A stretch of DNA of 64,000 nt. It comes from Myxococcales bacterium (GTDB taxonomy: Bacteria > Myxococcota_A > UBA9042 > JABWCM01 > BTVJ01). Below, piece by piece: positions 41,511 to 50,804 of the stretch. Location: the NCBI GenBank assembly GCA_045863395.1, contig BTVJ01000001.1, positions 192,001-256,000 on the forward strand. Direction: 5' to 3'. Below the pieces are notes generated by a model. It searched no databases. It saw only the letters and a list, made by a program, of their open reading frames with translations, and had not been told where the DNA came from. A program made the position numbers and the translations under genes. Position 1 is the stretch's first letter, and the number at the start of each line of letters is the position of its first letter.

Positions 41511-42226
41511 TCGTGGACGAGCCACCCTTCGAGCTCGCCGTCGTCTTCGCGGACGCCGACGCACAGGCGTTGGTGTCCCGACTCATCGAGCGCGGCCAGC
41601 AGCGAGGGTGCCTGCGCCCGTTCCGGTGGCTGAGCAGACGCGACGCGATGCGAGACTCTTTCGTGACGCGCCCCCGAGACGTGGTGGAGCTGCTGGTGGA
41701 TCGACGAGCGACGCCGAGGCCACGCGTGATGCTGCTCTGGGATCACGCCGGTTCAGGGAGGGAGGGCGATGCCCCCGAAGTCGTCGAGGCCGAGATGAGG
41801 AGCGCGCTAGGCGCACTGGTTCAACCGTCCGAACTCTGCATCGCCGCATTCGTTCCCGAGGTCGAGGTCTGTCTGATCCCTGTGTGGGCACGTGTGAAGC
41901 AGGTCATGGCACAGCACCGTGATCGACTGCCTCCAGACGACAGCGCCGTTCTCCGCGCGGCGGTGCGGCTTCAGCGACGGGAGCGCCGGCCCAAGCCACT
42001 CGCAGCGGACTTCGACGTGGCTGCGCGGGAGTCTCCCAAGGAGATCTTCGAGGGGCTCCTGGCGGACTTGAACCTGCGGTCCGGGTCACGACACTTCGAG
42101 GATCTGGCAAACGCCCTGTCCATTCCAGCGCTGAAGCAGGACACCGCTCTCGGGAGAGTCGCCGAGGCCCTCGTCCGCTGGTTTCCCGGCGATGCTGGTG
42201 CCTTGACGCCCGGGGAGCGTTCCTGA
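41507..42226 (+). CDS. MAD4-like/TOPRIM-like partner protein (putative nuclease)
   Basis: GTGA overlap with the ATPase; LAVVFADAD, MLLWDHAGSGRE, VPEVEV, PKEIFE, C-terminal LVRWFP. Confidence 0.65.
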   Translation: MIVDEPPFELAVVFADADAQALVSRLIERGQQRGCLRPFRWLSRRDAMRDSFVTRPRDVVELLVDRRATPRPRVMLLWDHAGSGREGDAPEVVEAEMRSALGALVQPSELCIAAFVPEVEVCLIPVWARVKQVMAQHRDRLPPDDSAVLRAAVRLQRRERRPKPLAADFDVAARESPKEIFEGLLADLNLRSGSRHFEDLANALSIPALKQDTALGRVAEALVRWFPGDAGALTPGERS

Positions 42227-42254
42227 CCCGAGGGGCGGGCCCTCAGAGGACGCC

Positions 42255-42290
42255 GTCCTCATCCGGCAGCACGGCTGCCCGGATGAGGAC
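42255..42290. terminator. Stem-loop between convergent genes (possible bidirectional terminator)
   Basis: GTCCTCATCCGGCAGC-ACG-GCTGCCCGGATGAGGAC: 16-bp stem with one bulge. Confidence 0.55.
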
Positions 42291-42298
42291 ACACGCGC

Positions 42299-42577
42299 TC
42301 ACTTCTTCTTGCAGGTCCCCTCGGCGCACTTCTCGACGCCGCCCTCGTCCTTGGCCTCCATCAGGCACTTGTAGACCTCGTCCACGTTCGAGCACTTGTC
42401 GATGACGTGCTTCTGGAGGTCCTTGGTGCACTCCTCCTTGCTGTACTTGCCCCCGTCCATGAACTTGCCCATGTGCTCGCACACGGCGTCCTGGGTGGGG
42501 GCGCCCTTGCACCCTATGGCGCCGACCAGGAGGGCCGCGCCGGCGAACGAGAGAATGGCGCTGACTCGAAGACTCAT
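42299..42577 (-). CDS. Small Cys-rich lipoprotein (92 aa)
   Basis: AAGGAG RBS; lipobox LVGAIGC; six further Cys in a short helical mature region. Confidence 0.8.
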   Translation of the reverse strand: MSLRVSAILSFAGAALLVGAIGCKGAPTQDAVCEHMGKFMDGGKYSKEECTKDLQKHVIDKCSNVDEVYKCLMEAKDEGGVEKCAEGTCKKK

Positions 42578-42773
42578 GACTCGCTCCTTCTGCCGCGCGC
42601 CACTCCAGCGCGCGGGAAGCGGCGCCACCGCGGTGGGGGGGAGGCGCCTGGGGGTCCGGCCCACCCTGGGTGGCCACCGGGCGGCACCGGCGGTGCCGTG
42701 GCGGCGAGCTTGGCGCAGCGAGGCCGCGATGGCAACAGAATATCTGGCGGGAAGGCGAAGAATCTGCCCGGGT

Positions 42774-45422
42774 CTACGGCAACCACCCAACGAAGGCGTC
42801 GGTCGCGTCGCCGGGGCGGGCGACGAGGGCCGGGGTCGGCGGGGGGGACAGGGGGACGAGCGCGAGGCGGGCGCCGAGGGCGATGAGGGCCGCCTCACCG
42901 TCGGGGCTCGACGAGAGGAGCGCGCCCACGTCGCCCTCGACCAGGGGTGTGACGGCGCCGGTGTCGAGGGCGACTAGCACCACCCCCTGGCCGGCGCGAA
43001 GGACGAGCCGGTCATCGACCAGCAGAGCGTTCCCGAGGGGCGTGGGGAGGCCCTCGGCGATGACGCGCTGGGAGCCGGCGACGCCGGGGTCGGCGAGGGT
43101 GAGCGAGCCGCCTGCGCTCGCCAGCACCCCGTGGGGGGTCAGCGCGACGCCGACGAAGCCCGTCGCAGGCCCGAGCAACGCGGGCTCCGCGGAGGCGTCG
43201 GTGGGGGCGCTGAGGAGGCCGTCCGGTCCCTGCAGGATCACGCGGGACCCGTCGGCAGTCACCACGAGCGGGGAGCCCTCGGGGCGTTCGAACGAGAGAC
43301 CGGGTGGGGGGCTCCCCCACCGCCCCACGGGCAGCTTCGCGATGACCACCGCCTCGGGCGGATCGGGGCCAACCACCGCGGTGACCAGGGCGTCCGGGTG
43401 GGGGACGGCGGTCGCCTCGATGGAGACCTCGGCGAGGACGCGCCCTCCGTCCGGCGTGGGGGTGACGCTGAGGACCCACCCGCTCAAAGCGCCCACCGCG
43501 AGTGGGGACAGCGCCTCCGTCCCGTCGATGCGGGCGGCATGGAGCTCCGGCGTGTACGACGATTCCTGGACGGACAGCGCCAGCACCCGCTCGCCGCCGG
43601 GCATGGGGTACAGGCCCAGGACCGTGGCGCCCGCATCCAGAACCAGGATCGGCTCACCACCGAGCACGGGCTGCGAGACGACGCGAGCGCCTTGGGGGGC
43701 GACGACGACGCCGGCGTCGGGCAGAGGGAGGGGGCGCCCCGTGACGCCGGTCAGCAGGGTGCGAGGGGCGCCGTGGCCCGCTACATCGAGCGTCACGCCC
43801 ACGAGGGTGGTGCCCACCACACGCACGAGCGCTCCGGCGACGAGCGACGGTGCCTCCGAGGCTCCACCACCAGTCAAAGCCGGAACCGCGGGGCCCCCAC
43901 CGTCGCTGGACACCGCGTACCAGCCGGGTGCCGGGGCCTCGCACCCGTAGACGAACCACCCACCCTCAGTGCGCGGCGCGATCAGCGGCGCCTCGTGCCA
44001 GGGCGTCAGCAGCCGGGGCTCCTCGGTGGGGGACGTGGCAGCCGCGGCGCCGAGCGAGACGGCCTCGCGGGTCACGACGCCGTAGGGGGTGATCAGATCC
44101 CAGGTCCAGGCGCCGCCGAGCGCCGTGGGCGTCCCCCCGGCGGCGGGCAGCACCCAGCTCCGCCACCCGTCGGGCGTGTTCGCCTGGTAGAGCAGGTGGG
44201 TGGCCCCGGTGGAGACCACCGGCCACGGGTAGCTCATGTTGACGATGGGACCCACGTCGTGGACCACCTGGGACTTGGCGGTGGGGCCGCCGGGGAGGAA
44301 GAACCGCAGGACGCGCCCCTCCTCCGTGGCGCCGGCGATGACGTCGCCCGCGTAGCTCGTGACGTGGATGCGCTTGCCGTTCCAGGCGGTGATCTGGCTT
44401 CCGGCCCCGCCGGCGGGCCCCTCGAAGGCCGCCCACTTCTCACCGTCACCCCTGGCGGACCAGGCGACGCGCTCTCCGTCCCGCTGCACCGCGACGTCCA
44501 GGGTCGTGGAGGGCTCCGGGGTGAGGACCACGAGCGCCCCGTCCCCGTCCGCCGAGACGGAGACGAGCTCCCGGAGATCACTGCCTTGCGTGCGAAGCTC
44601 CGCGACCACGCGCCCGCCCGCCAGGCCTTCGAAGGTGGTGGGGCGACCGGGCGGGGTCAGGGGCACGGGGGTGCCGCCCTCGGCCGCGATGGAGTACAGG
44701 CGGTCATCGGCGCCCCGCGCGAGGACGCGCCCCCCGGGCAACGGCGCGACCAGCCACTCGAGTGTGGTGCCTGTCGAGGAGAGGTCCACGGGCTCGCCCT
44801 CCGCCACCGTCCAGACGCGTGAGCCCGCCTCGTCCACCACCAGGTAGGCGACCCACGCCGTCCCGGTCACCCACATGGGGTGCTCGATTCGGCCACTGGC
44901 GAGGAGGCGCGGCGTCGGGTCGGACCCGTCGAGGGCGGCAGCGTAGAGCCCCCCTTCGGCTGCGAACGCGACCTGCCCGCCGGCGTAGCTCCGGTCGAGG
45001 GCGCTGAGCCCAGGCGCCGCGGCCACCCGGATGGGGGCCTCGGCGCCGCTGCCGTCCGCGGGCAGAGCAAACAGCACCGGATCCCCTCCCACCTCCTGGT
45101 AGACGACGACCACCGTCGCGCCGTCAGGCGTGAGCTGTGGGTAGGAGACCGTCCCGGCTGCCCGCTGGTAGCCGGCCCCACGCCGCGGCCCGAGGCGGAG
45201 GGGGGCGGCGGCGCCAGAAGGCCCCACCCCTACGAACCAGGGCACCTCCACGCCAGCGGCCAGCGCCGTGACCAGGCGCAGCGGCGCGGGCGGTGAGCCG
45301 GCGTCGGGCGCGGCCGTGTCGGGCGGGCTCGTGGCGGCGTCGACCCCGGGCGCCACGGAGTCTCCTCCGCACGCAAGGACCAGGGAGGACACGAGAGCGA
45401 TGCAGCGGGTGATGCATTTCAT
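42774..45422 (-). CDS. Large beta-propeller lipoprotein (TolB/PD40-like blades)
   Basis: Lipobox MKCITRCIALVSSLVLAC; recurring LFALPADGSG, LYAAALDGS, LYSIAAEGG, LVSVSADGDG, LHAARIDGT motifs. Confidence 0.75.
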   Translation of the reverse strand: MKCITRCIALVSSLVLACGGDSVAPGVDAATSPPDTAAPDAGSPPAPLRLVTALAAGVEVPWFVGVGPSGAAAPLRLGPRRGAGYQRAAGTVSYPQLTPDGATVVVVYQEVGGDPVLFALPADGSGAEAPIRVAAAPGLSALDRSYAGGQVAFAAEGGLYAAALDGSDPTPRLLASGRIEHPMWVTGTAWVAYLVVDEAGSRVWTVAEGEPVDLSSTGTTLEWLVAPLPGGRVLARGADDRLYSIAAEGGTPVPLTPPGRPTTFEGLAGGRVVAELRTQGSDLRELVSVSADGDGALVVLTPEPSTTLDVAVQRDGERVAWSARGDGEKWAAFEGPAGGAGSQITAWNGKRIHVTSYAGDVIAGATEEGRVLRFFLPGGPTAKSQVVHDVGPIVNMSYPWPVVSTGATHLLYQANTPDGWRSWVLPAAGGTPTALGGAWTWDLITPYGVVTREAVSLGAAAATSPTEEPRLLTPWHEAPLIAPRTEGGWFVYGCEAPAPGWYAVSSDGGGPAVPALTGGGASEAPSLVAGALVRVVGTTLVGVTLDVAGHGAPRTLLTGVTGRPLPLPDAGVVVAPQGARVVSQPVLGGEPILVLDAGATVLGLYPMPGGERVLALSVQESSYTPELHAARIDGTEALSPLAVGALSGWVLSVTPTPDGGRVLAEVSIEATAVPHPDALVTAVVGPDPPEAVVIAKLPVGRWGSPPPGLSFERPEGSPLVVTADGSRVILQGPDGLLSAPTDASAEPALLGPATGFVGVALTPHGVLASAGGSLTLADPGVAGSQRVIAEGLPTPLGNALLVDDRLVLRAGQGVVLVALDTGAVTPLVEGDVGALLSSSPDGEAALIALGARLALVPLSPPPTPALVARPGDATDAFVGWLP

Positions 45423-45550
45423 GGAGAGAGTATGCGCCTGCGAGGGCCAGCGCGCACCCCCTGGAGTTTGCACGGGGCGGGCGCCCTGGGCCGAGTGGCA
45501 CGGAGCCCGGTCCCGGCGACGCGGGCCGGTCCTGTGTCCAACAGTCTCCG

Positions 45551-46003
45551 TCACGCAGGCAAGCGCCCCACCAGGCGGCGAAGGCCTCGGTGGGCCCGGT
45601 GGATCCAGGCCCCGTGCTCCAGGAACATCAGGACGCACTCGCCCTGGACGAGGTCCATCCCGTGCTCGCGCGCCCAGGCGACGGCCTCCGTGGACTCGGC
45701 GCCCTGCTGGAGCCAGACTCGCCCGATGCCCGCAGCGTGCGCCTGCTGGACGACCTTCAGGGCTTCGGGCGGGGGAACGACCACGACGACCCCGTCCACC
45801 TTGCCTGCCAGGTCCATGAGGGAGCGGGCGCAGGGGTCACCTTGGATCAGGTCGGCCGCCGGGTGCACCGGGAACAGCTCGTACCCCTTCGCCTTGAGCT
45901 CCCGGTACGCGTGGTGCCCGAAGCCCTTACCGGAGCGCGACGCTCCGACGAACGCGAGCCGCCGGCTCGCCATGAACGCATCCACCGCAGCCTTGCTGGT
46001 CAT
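45551..46003 (-). CDS. CoA-binding protein (YccU-like)
   Basis: LAFVGASRSGKGFG, GYELFPVHP, VDGVVVVVPP, VWLQQGAES. Confidence 0.9.
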   Translation of the reverse strand: MTSKAAVDAFMASRRLAFVGASRSGKGFGHHAYRELKAKGYELFPVHPAADLIQGDPCARSLMDLAGKVDGVVVVVPPPEALKVVQQAHAAGIGRVWLQQGAESTEAVAWAREHGMDLVQGECVLMFLEHGAWIHRAHRGLRRLVGRLPA

Positions 46004-46311
46004 GACGCCTCCTTCCTCCGGCACCCCACGCGCCGGGGTCAACGGGTAGAATAGCACGGCTGGGAGTGGGCGCATCGGGACGCAGGAGTCACCCCCGGCC
46101 ACCGGAGCGGCAGCGCGCCGCATGCGCCCGGCCGTCTCTGCGCCACCCTTCCCCGCGATCCGTGGCCCTGGCCGCTACGGCCCGTCGCACCTCGCTTCGT
46201 TCCCTCGCCGTAGCTCCGACGGCCGGCCGGGCGCGGTGAGCCCGCCGGGGCGCTGGCACTACCTGGGCGGAGTCAGCGCCCCGTGCGACCGGGGCCCGCG
46301 CCCGGCGGTCG

Positions 46312-46689
46312 CTACGCGCCAGCCAGGTCATCCACCAGCGTTGCTCCGATGAAGTCGTTCTCCGTGAGCGCATCGACGGCGTGGGTGCGGAACGCGACGC
46401 GGACCTGCCGGTAGTAGAGATGAACGTCGGGGTGGTGCCCCTCCCGCTCGACCAGCCACCCGAGCGCGCCGATGAACGACAGCGCCTCCTGGAAGCTCTG
46501 GAACTCGAGGACGCGCTCGATGGCGCGCTCGTCCTCCGAGAGCGACCAGTGGGGGAGGCGCCCCACGAGCCGTCGGGCCTGCTCGGCGGGAAGCGGCTCG
46601 AGCTCCCCTTCGCACGGGACGCACCGCTTGCGCACCAGCGATCCTCCCACCCAGCGGTGCCCCTCCAGCTCTCCAGCGGTCTTCGTCAT
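46312..46689 (-). CDS. phhB: Pterin-4-alpha-carbinolamine dehydratase
   Basis: CVPCEG, FQSFQEAL, EGHHPDV, THAVDALTENDF. Confidence 0.9.
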   Translation of the reverse strand: MTKTAGELEGHRWVGGSLVRKRCVPCEGELEPLPAEQARRLVGRLPHWSLSEDERAIERVLEFQSFQEALSFIGALGWLVEREGHHPDVHLYYRQVRVAFRTHAVDALTENDFIGATLVDDLAGA

Positions 46690-46859
46690 GGGATGTCCTC
46701 CCGGTGGTTCGGCCCGTCAGCCCGGGCTCTGGTGCGTGCCGAGCGGGCGCCGAGCGCTACACGCCCTCCGCTCGGCCGCTGTAACGCCGGACCCGATCCC
46801 GCCCCTCACGCTCCGACGGGGCGTACGAGGCGCCCGACGACGACCCCAAGGAGGATCCC

Positions 46860-46991
46860 ATGGCAGCGATGTGCCCGATCGACGGTTGCAAGGCGAAGAA
46901 GGGAATGTGCATCCACGACAAGCTCATGATCGCGATGGCGGCGGTCCTGGGGCTCCTCGGGGTCGCCCACTGGGGCCTCCACATCATCTGA
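46860..46991 (+). CDS. Small protein (43 aa): Cys/His motif plus one TM helix
   Basis: Not in the ORF track. AAGGAGG RBS; MAAMCPIDGCKAKKGMCIHDKLMIAMAAVLGLLGVAHWGLHII; strong codon bias. Confidence 0.75.
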   Translation: MAAMCPIDGCKAKKGMCIHDKLMIAMAAVLGLLGVAHWGLHII

Positions 46992-47008
46992 CCCGCTGGG
47001 AGCAACGA

Positions 47009-49240
47009 ATGACGGCCCTCATCGACGTCTCCCGGGGTGTGACCCTGCCGCCCCGGCCCACCCCCACGTTCCCGTTCCAGGTCGGCCGCCGCGTGGGGGA
47101 GGGCGCCATGGGCGAGGTCTACTACGCCGAGGACCTGGAGCTCGGCCGTCCGGTGGCCATCAAGGTCATCCGGCCCACGTTCCTCGCCGCACTCTCGGAG
47201 GACCAGGCCCACGACGCCGCGCGACGCTTCCTGCAGGAAGCACGGGCCGCCGCAGCCCTCACCCACCCGGGCGCGACGACCGTGCACAGGGTCGGCACCG
47301 AGCACGGGCGCCCCTACATCGCCATGGAGTGGATCGAAGGTCGGCCGCTCGACGCGGTGCTCCGACAGGACGGCCCCCTGCCGGTCGAGGAGGCGGTTCG
47401 CGTGGCCGTGCAGGTCCTCGACGTCCTGGCGGCGGCTCACGAGGCCGGCATCGTCCACCGCGACGTGAAGCCAGGAAACCTGATGCTCACGCGGGACGGG
47501 CGCGTCAAGGTCACCGACTTCGGGATCGCCCGCGTGCAGGGCTCCGACCTGGCGCGCACCCAGGCGGGGACCGTGCTCGGAACACCCCACTACGCTGCGC
47601 CGGAGCAGCTCGCCGGCCGGTCCGTCGATTGCCGCGCCGACCTCTACGCCGCGGGCGCGGTCCTTTACGAGACCCTGGTCGGGCAGCCTCCGTTCGACGG
47701 GGCGACCCTCTACGAGGTCATCCGTCAGGCCGTGCTGTCCGAGCCGGTCCACCCGTCGGACCGGGCCCCTCGCGTGCCGCGAGCTCTCGGGGACGCGGTG
47801 CTGCGAGCCCTCGCAAAGCAACCCGACGACCGGTTCCCCGACGCTCGGAGCATGGCGCGGGCGCTCCAGCCCTGGATTGCGGCCCCGGCTCCCACGGCGG
47901 ACACCGTGCTCTCTGGATCGGAGCCCATGCCGGTCACCGACCCGACGCTCTTCGTGGCCGGCGCCTCGGCGGGCGCCATCGTCGCGGCGCTGGTGCGGTC
48001 CTGGCCGGGGACGTCCCTCGGCGCCATGCCACCCGGCCGGCTCCTCGCCCGCCTCCACGAGCGCCCGCTCCACGCGGAGGCGTTCTGCGGCGGGGTCGAG
48101 GTCGGCGGAGCCACTCTGCTCGTCTTCGACGGCGTGCTGCACGCGGCCCTCGACCCGACGACCGGCGCCAGCGGCGACGCGGTGCTGGAGTCCCTGCCCG
48201 ATCCCGCAACTGCGCGGCTCTGCCCGCTCCCGGCCGGGCTGGACCCCCGCCTGATCCCGCTGCTGGCGGCCGCCGCAAGCCCGCGCCCACCCCGCCTGAC
48301 GGGGCTCGACCCGGCCTTCGCGAGCCTCCCGCACCTGGCGGCCCGCCTGGCCAGCGAGGGCTTCGACGGTGTCCTGCGCTTCGAGGGGGAGGGGCGCACA
48401 GGCTTCGCGCTGTTCAGCCGGGGCGCCCGCGTCCTCGACGTGTTCGGCGAGGGCTGGGCCGAAGACAGCGGAGCCGGCTGGGAGCAGTGGATCCGGTCCA
48501 GCGGGGCCCTGGCGAGCGTGGAGGACCTGGCGCCGCAGTTCCCGGCCTGCACCTACCGCCAGCAGCTCCGCGACGTCGCCCTGGACGTGGTCCGGCCCCA
48601 GGCGGCGGCGAGCGGCCTCCGGGAGGATGCCCGCGCGGAGGCGCAGGCTCTGACGCTCCGCCCGCGGGAGGCGGCCGGGGCCCGCCGGCCGGGCGACACC
48701 ACGTTCGCGGCCCTCCTCGACGGGGACCCCGCGGCGGCGCTGGCTCGCTGGGCGCTCGTGGATCTGGCGCCCCAGTTCCAGCAGCACGGTCGGACGGCCC
48801 GTTGGAGGGCCCTCGTCGAGCCCCTCGACACCGTCCGTGAGGTGCGGCTCCACCACGGGCTCCCGGTCCCAGGCGGGGCCGTCGAGGTCTTCGACGCCGT
48901 GACCATTGGCGAGGATGGGCAGGTCTGCCACGTCCTCGACCGGGTCGCCAGAGCCACCCCGGAGGCAGTCGATCACTTCGTGCGCCGCGCGCTCGCAGCC
49001 AAGGCTGGAGCCGCCGGCGCCGGGCTGTCCGGCGCGATCCTGGTGGCGCCCCGCTTCGACGATGACGCGCTGGAGGGTTACCTGCGAGCGCTCCGGCCGG
49101 CGAGCCGCGCAACGCTCCTCCGCACGTTCGACGCCTTTACGCACCGTGAAGGCTTCATCCGTACGGGTGCTCGGGCCGGCATGCACGTGCTGCTCGTCGA
49201 GGAAGACGGCGAGCGGCGGCGCCCCCTCGTCCCGAGCTGA
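47009..49240 (+). CDS. Cytoplasmic Ser/Thr kinase with uncharacterised C-terminal domains
   Basis: VGEGAMGEVY, VAIK, HRDVKPGN, DFGIAR, GTPHYAAPE; C-terminal DUF4388/PATAN-like and restriction-endonuclease-like segments. Confidence 0.9.
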   Translation: MTALIDVSRGVTLPPRPTPTFPFQVGRRVGEGAMGEVYYAEDLELGRPVAIKVIRPTFLAALSEDQAHDAARRFLQEARAAAALTHPGATTVHRVGTEHGRPYIAMEWIEGRPLDAVLRQDGPLPVEEAVRVAVQVLDVLAAAHEAGIVHRDVKPGNLMLTRDGRVKVTDFGIARVQGSDLARTQAGTVLGTPHYAAPEQLAGRSVDCRADLYAAGAVLYETLVGQPPFDGATLYEVIRQAVLSEPVHPSDRAPRVPRALGDAVLRALAKQPDDRFPDARSMARALQPWIAAPAPTADTVLSGSEPMPVTDPTLFVAGASAGAIVAALVRSWPGTSLGAMPPGRLLARLHERPLHAEAFCGGVEVGGATLLVFDGVLHAALDPTTGASGDAVLESLPDPATARLCPLPAGLDPRLIPLLAAAASPRPPRLTGLDPAFASLPHLAARLASEGFDGVLRFEGEGRTGFALFSRGARVLDVFGEGWAEDSGAGWEQWIRSSGALASVEDLAPQFPACTYRQQLRDVALDVVRPQAAASGLREDARAEAQALTLRPREAAGARRPGDTTFAALLDGDPAAALARWALVDLAPQFQQHGRTARWRALVEPLDTVREVRLHHGLPVPGGAVEVFDAVTIGEDGQVCHVLDRVARATPEAVDHFVRRALAAKAGAAGAGLSGAILVAPRFDDDALEGYLRALRPASRATLLRTFDAFTHREGFIRTGARAGMHVLLVEEDGERRRPLVPS

Positions 49241-49455
49241 CCGCGCTCCGACGGGGCCGGTCTGCACCGAGCCGCTCGTGGGTCGCAGACGGCCGGCGCC
49301 GCGTGGTATGAGTGCGAACGTTCGAGGACGTACCGGGCTGGCGGGTGGCTGACAGGATCGAGGCGAAGCCAAGCCACCTGGCCGGCGTCCTGTGTTGCGC
49401 GAGGGCCCGACTCCGCCGGAGCGGGACCAGAGACGCCTTCCGGGCGACAGGGGAC

Positions 49456-49484
49456 CGTAACGCCTGCGTCCCTCCGCGCACCGA
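49456..49484 (+). promoter_or_regulatory. Putative ECF promoter upstream of the sigma gene (autoregulation)
   Basis: CGTAAC-N17-CACCGA; one of four identically spaced copies. Confidence 0.7.
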
Positions 49485-49556
49485 CCGCTCGGCGGCGCGC
49501 GGCCGGACCCCGCCGTGGAGCGCGCCCCACTGCTCAACTCAGCTCGAGAGGCATGA

Positions 49557-50393
49557 ATGACCGCTGACGACGACTTCCTGGAGCGGCTCCGCGAGCGCGA
49601 CCGCGAGGCCTTCGCGGCCCTGCACGCCGAGGTAGGCTCCGCGCTCTTCGGGTTCGCCATGACGCTCGTTCGCGACCCGGACCGGGCCGCCGATCTCGTT
49701 CAGGACGCCTACGTGACGGCGCTGCGCAACATCGACGGCTTCCGCGGGCAGTCGTCCGTCCGGACGTGGCTGTGCGGGATCGTCGTCAACAAGGCCCGGG
49801 AGCAGCGGCGCCGCACGATCCGCGAGGTCCCGGAGTCCTCCCTGCCCGACGAGGTGGCGGATCGCTTCGGCGGGGACGGCCGATGGCAGGATCCGCCAGT
49901 GGGGTGGGACGAGCCGGGCGCGCGCATGGACCAGGACCGCCTGGCGGCAGCCGCCCGGGAAGAGATGGAGCACCTGGGGGAGATGGCGCGGACGGTCATG
50001 GAGATGTGCGATCTGGAGGGCTTCACGCCGGTGGAGGCGGCGGAGGTCCTGGGGCTCACGAACGGAAACGTGCGGGTCATCCTGCATCGGGCACGGGCGA
50101 CGGTGCGACAGCGCTTGGAGAGACGCCTCCAGGCGGAGAGAGCTGCGCGGGGCCAGGCGCAGGCGCCGGCGTCACCGGAGGCGTCCGGCGGGGGTGCCCT
50201 GTGCCTGGCGCTTCGGGTGGGGCTCGACCGGGCACCTGCGACGTGTGGTGCGCCTCCCGCGTGCCGGAGGGAGGCCGGGGACCTCGTGCGGCGTCCCTGG
50301 CGGTGGCTCGCGGGGGCGCTACGATCAGCGCTCTCCACAGCCACGTGGCCCGCGACTTTGTCTCTGCTGCCAGCGAGGGTTCGGTCATGCTGA
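49557..50393 (+). CDS. ECF RNA polymerase sigma factor with a C-terminal extension
   Basis: Region 2: AADLVQDAYVTAL..IDGFRGQSSVRTWLCGIVVNKAR. Region 4: LEGFTPVEAAEVLGLTNGNVRVILHRAR. Confidence 0.93.
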   Translation: MTADDDFLERLRERDREAFAALHAEVGSALFGFAMTLVRDPDRAADLVQDAYVTALRNIDGFRGQSSVRTWLCGIVVNKAREQRRRTIREVPESSLPDEVADRFGGDGRWQDPPVGWDEPGARMDQDRLAAAAREEMEHLGEMARTVMEMCDLEGFTPVEAAEVLGLTNGNVRVILHRARATVRQRLERRLQAERAARGQAQAPASPEASGGGALCLALRVGLDRAPATCGAPPACRREAGDLVRRPWRWLAGALRSALSTATWPATLSLLPARVRSC

Positions 50394-50644
50394 CCTGCAA
50401 GGAGCTCGTCGAGAAGATCGGCGATTACCTCGACGGAAACATGGGGCTGATGGATCGACTCGGGCTGCGCATGCACCTCATGATGTGCGGGCACTGCTCG
50501 ACATACTACGCCCAGATGCGACAGATGCTCGATGCTCTGCACGCGCTGCCTCCCGGGCACCTGCCGCCGGACTTCGAGATGATCCGCGCGGCGGTGCTGG
50601 CTGCGCTGGACGCTGAGCCCGAGGGGTCTGGCGGCCCGCGCTGA
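50387..50644 (+). CDS. Zinc-binding anti-sigma factor (zf-HC2/ZAS)
   Basis: MLTCKELVEKIGDYLDG...HLMMCGHC (HxxxCxxC); overlaps the sigma stop. Confidence 0.92.
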   Translation: MLTCKELVEKIGDYLDGNMGLMDRLGLRMHLMMCGHCSTYYAQMRQMLDALHALPPGHLPPDFEMIRAAVLAALDAEPEGSGGPR

Positions 50645-50681
50645 CCCCGCGCGGTGGAAACAGCCGCACGATGATTTGTCG

Positions 50682-50710
50682 CGTAACGGGCGGCGCCGAC
50701 CCGTCACGCA
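50682..50710 (+). promoter_or_regulatory. Putative ECF promoter upstream of the tandem P460 gene
   Basis: CGTAAC-N17-CACGCA. Confidence 0.65.
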
Positions 50711-50804
50711 CGCAGGGGCTTGACCACCCACATCGGCGCGCCGCCTGATTCAGAGCCCGGCTCGGTCGGGACCGCCGCCACCACGAACCGGAGAGGAGAG
50801 CGAC

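Noticed and set aside
29658..42226. Complete eCIS, T6SS or MADS locus
   Set aside because: No sheath, tube, VgrG/PAAR or baseplate genes and no methyltransferase or specificity genes are visible; only individual components are supported.
46780..46808. Fifth copy of the ECF promoter motif
   Set aside because: TGTAAC is present but the element 17 nt downstream (CCCTCA) fits poorly; mentioned only as a weak candidate.
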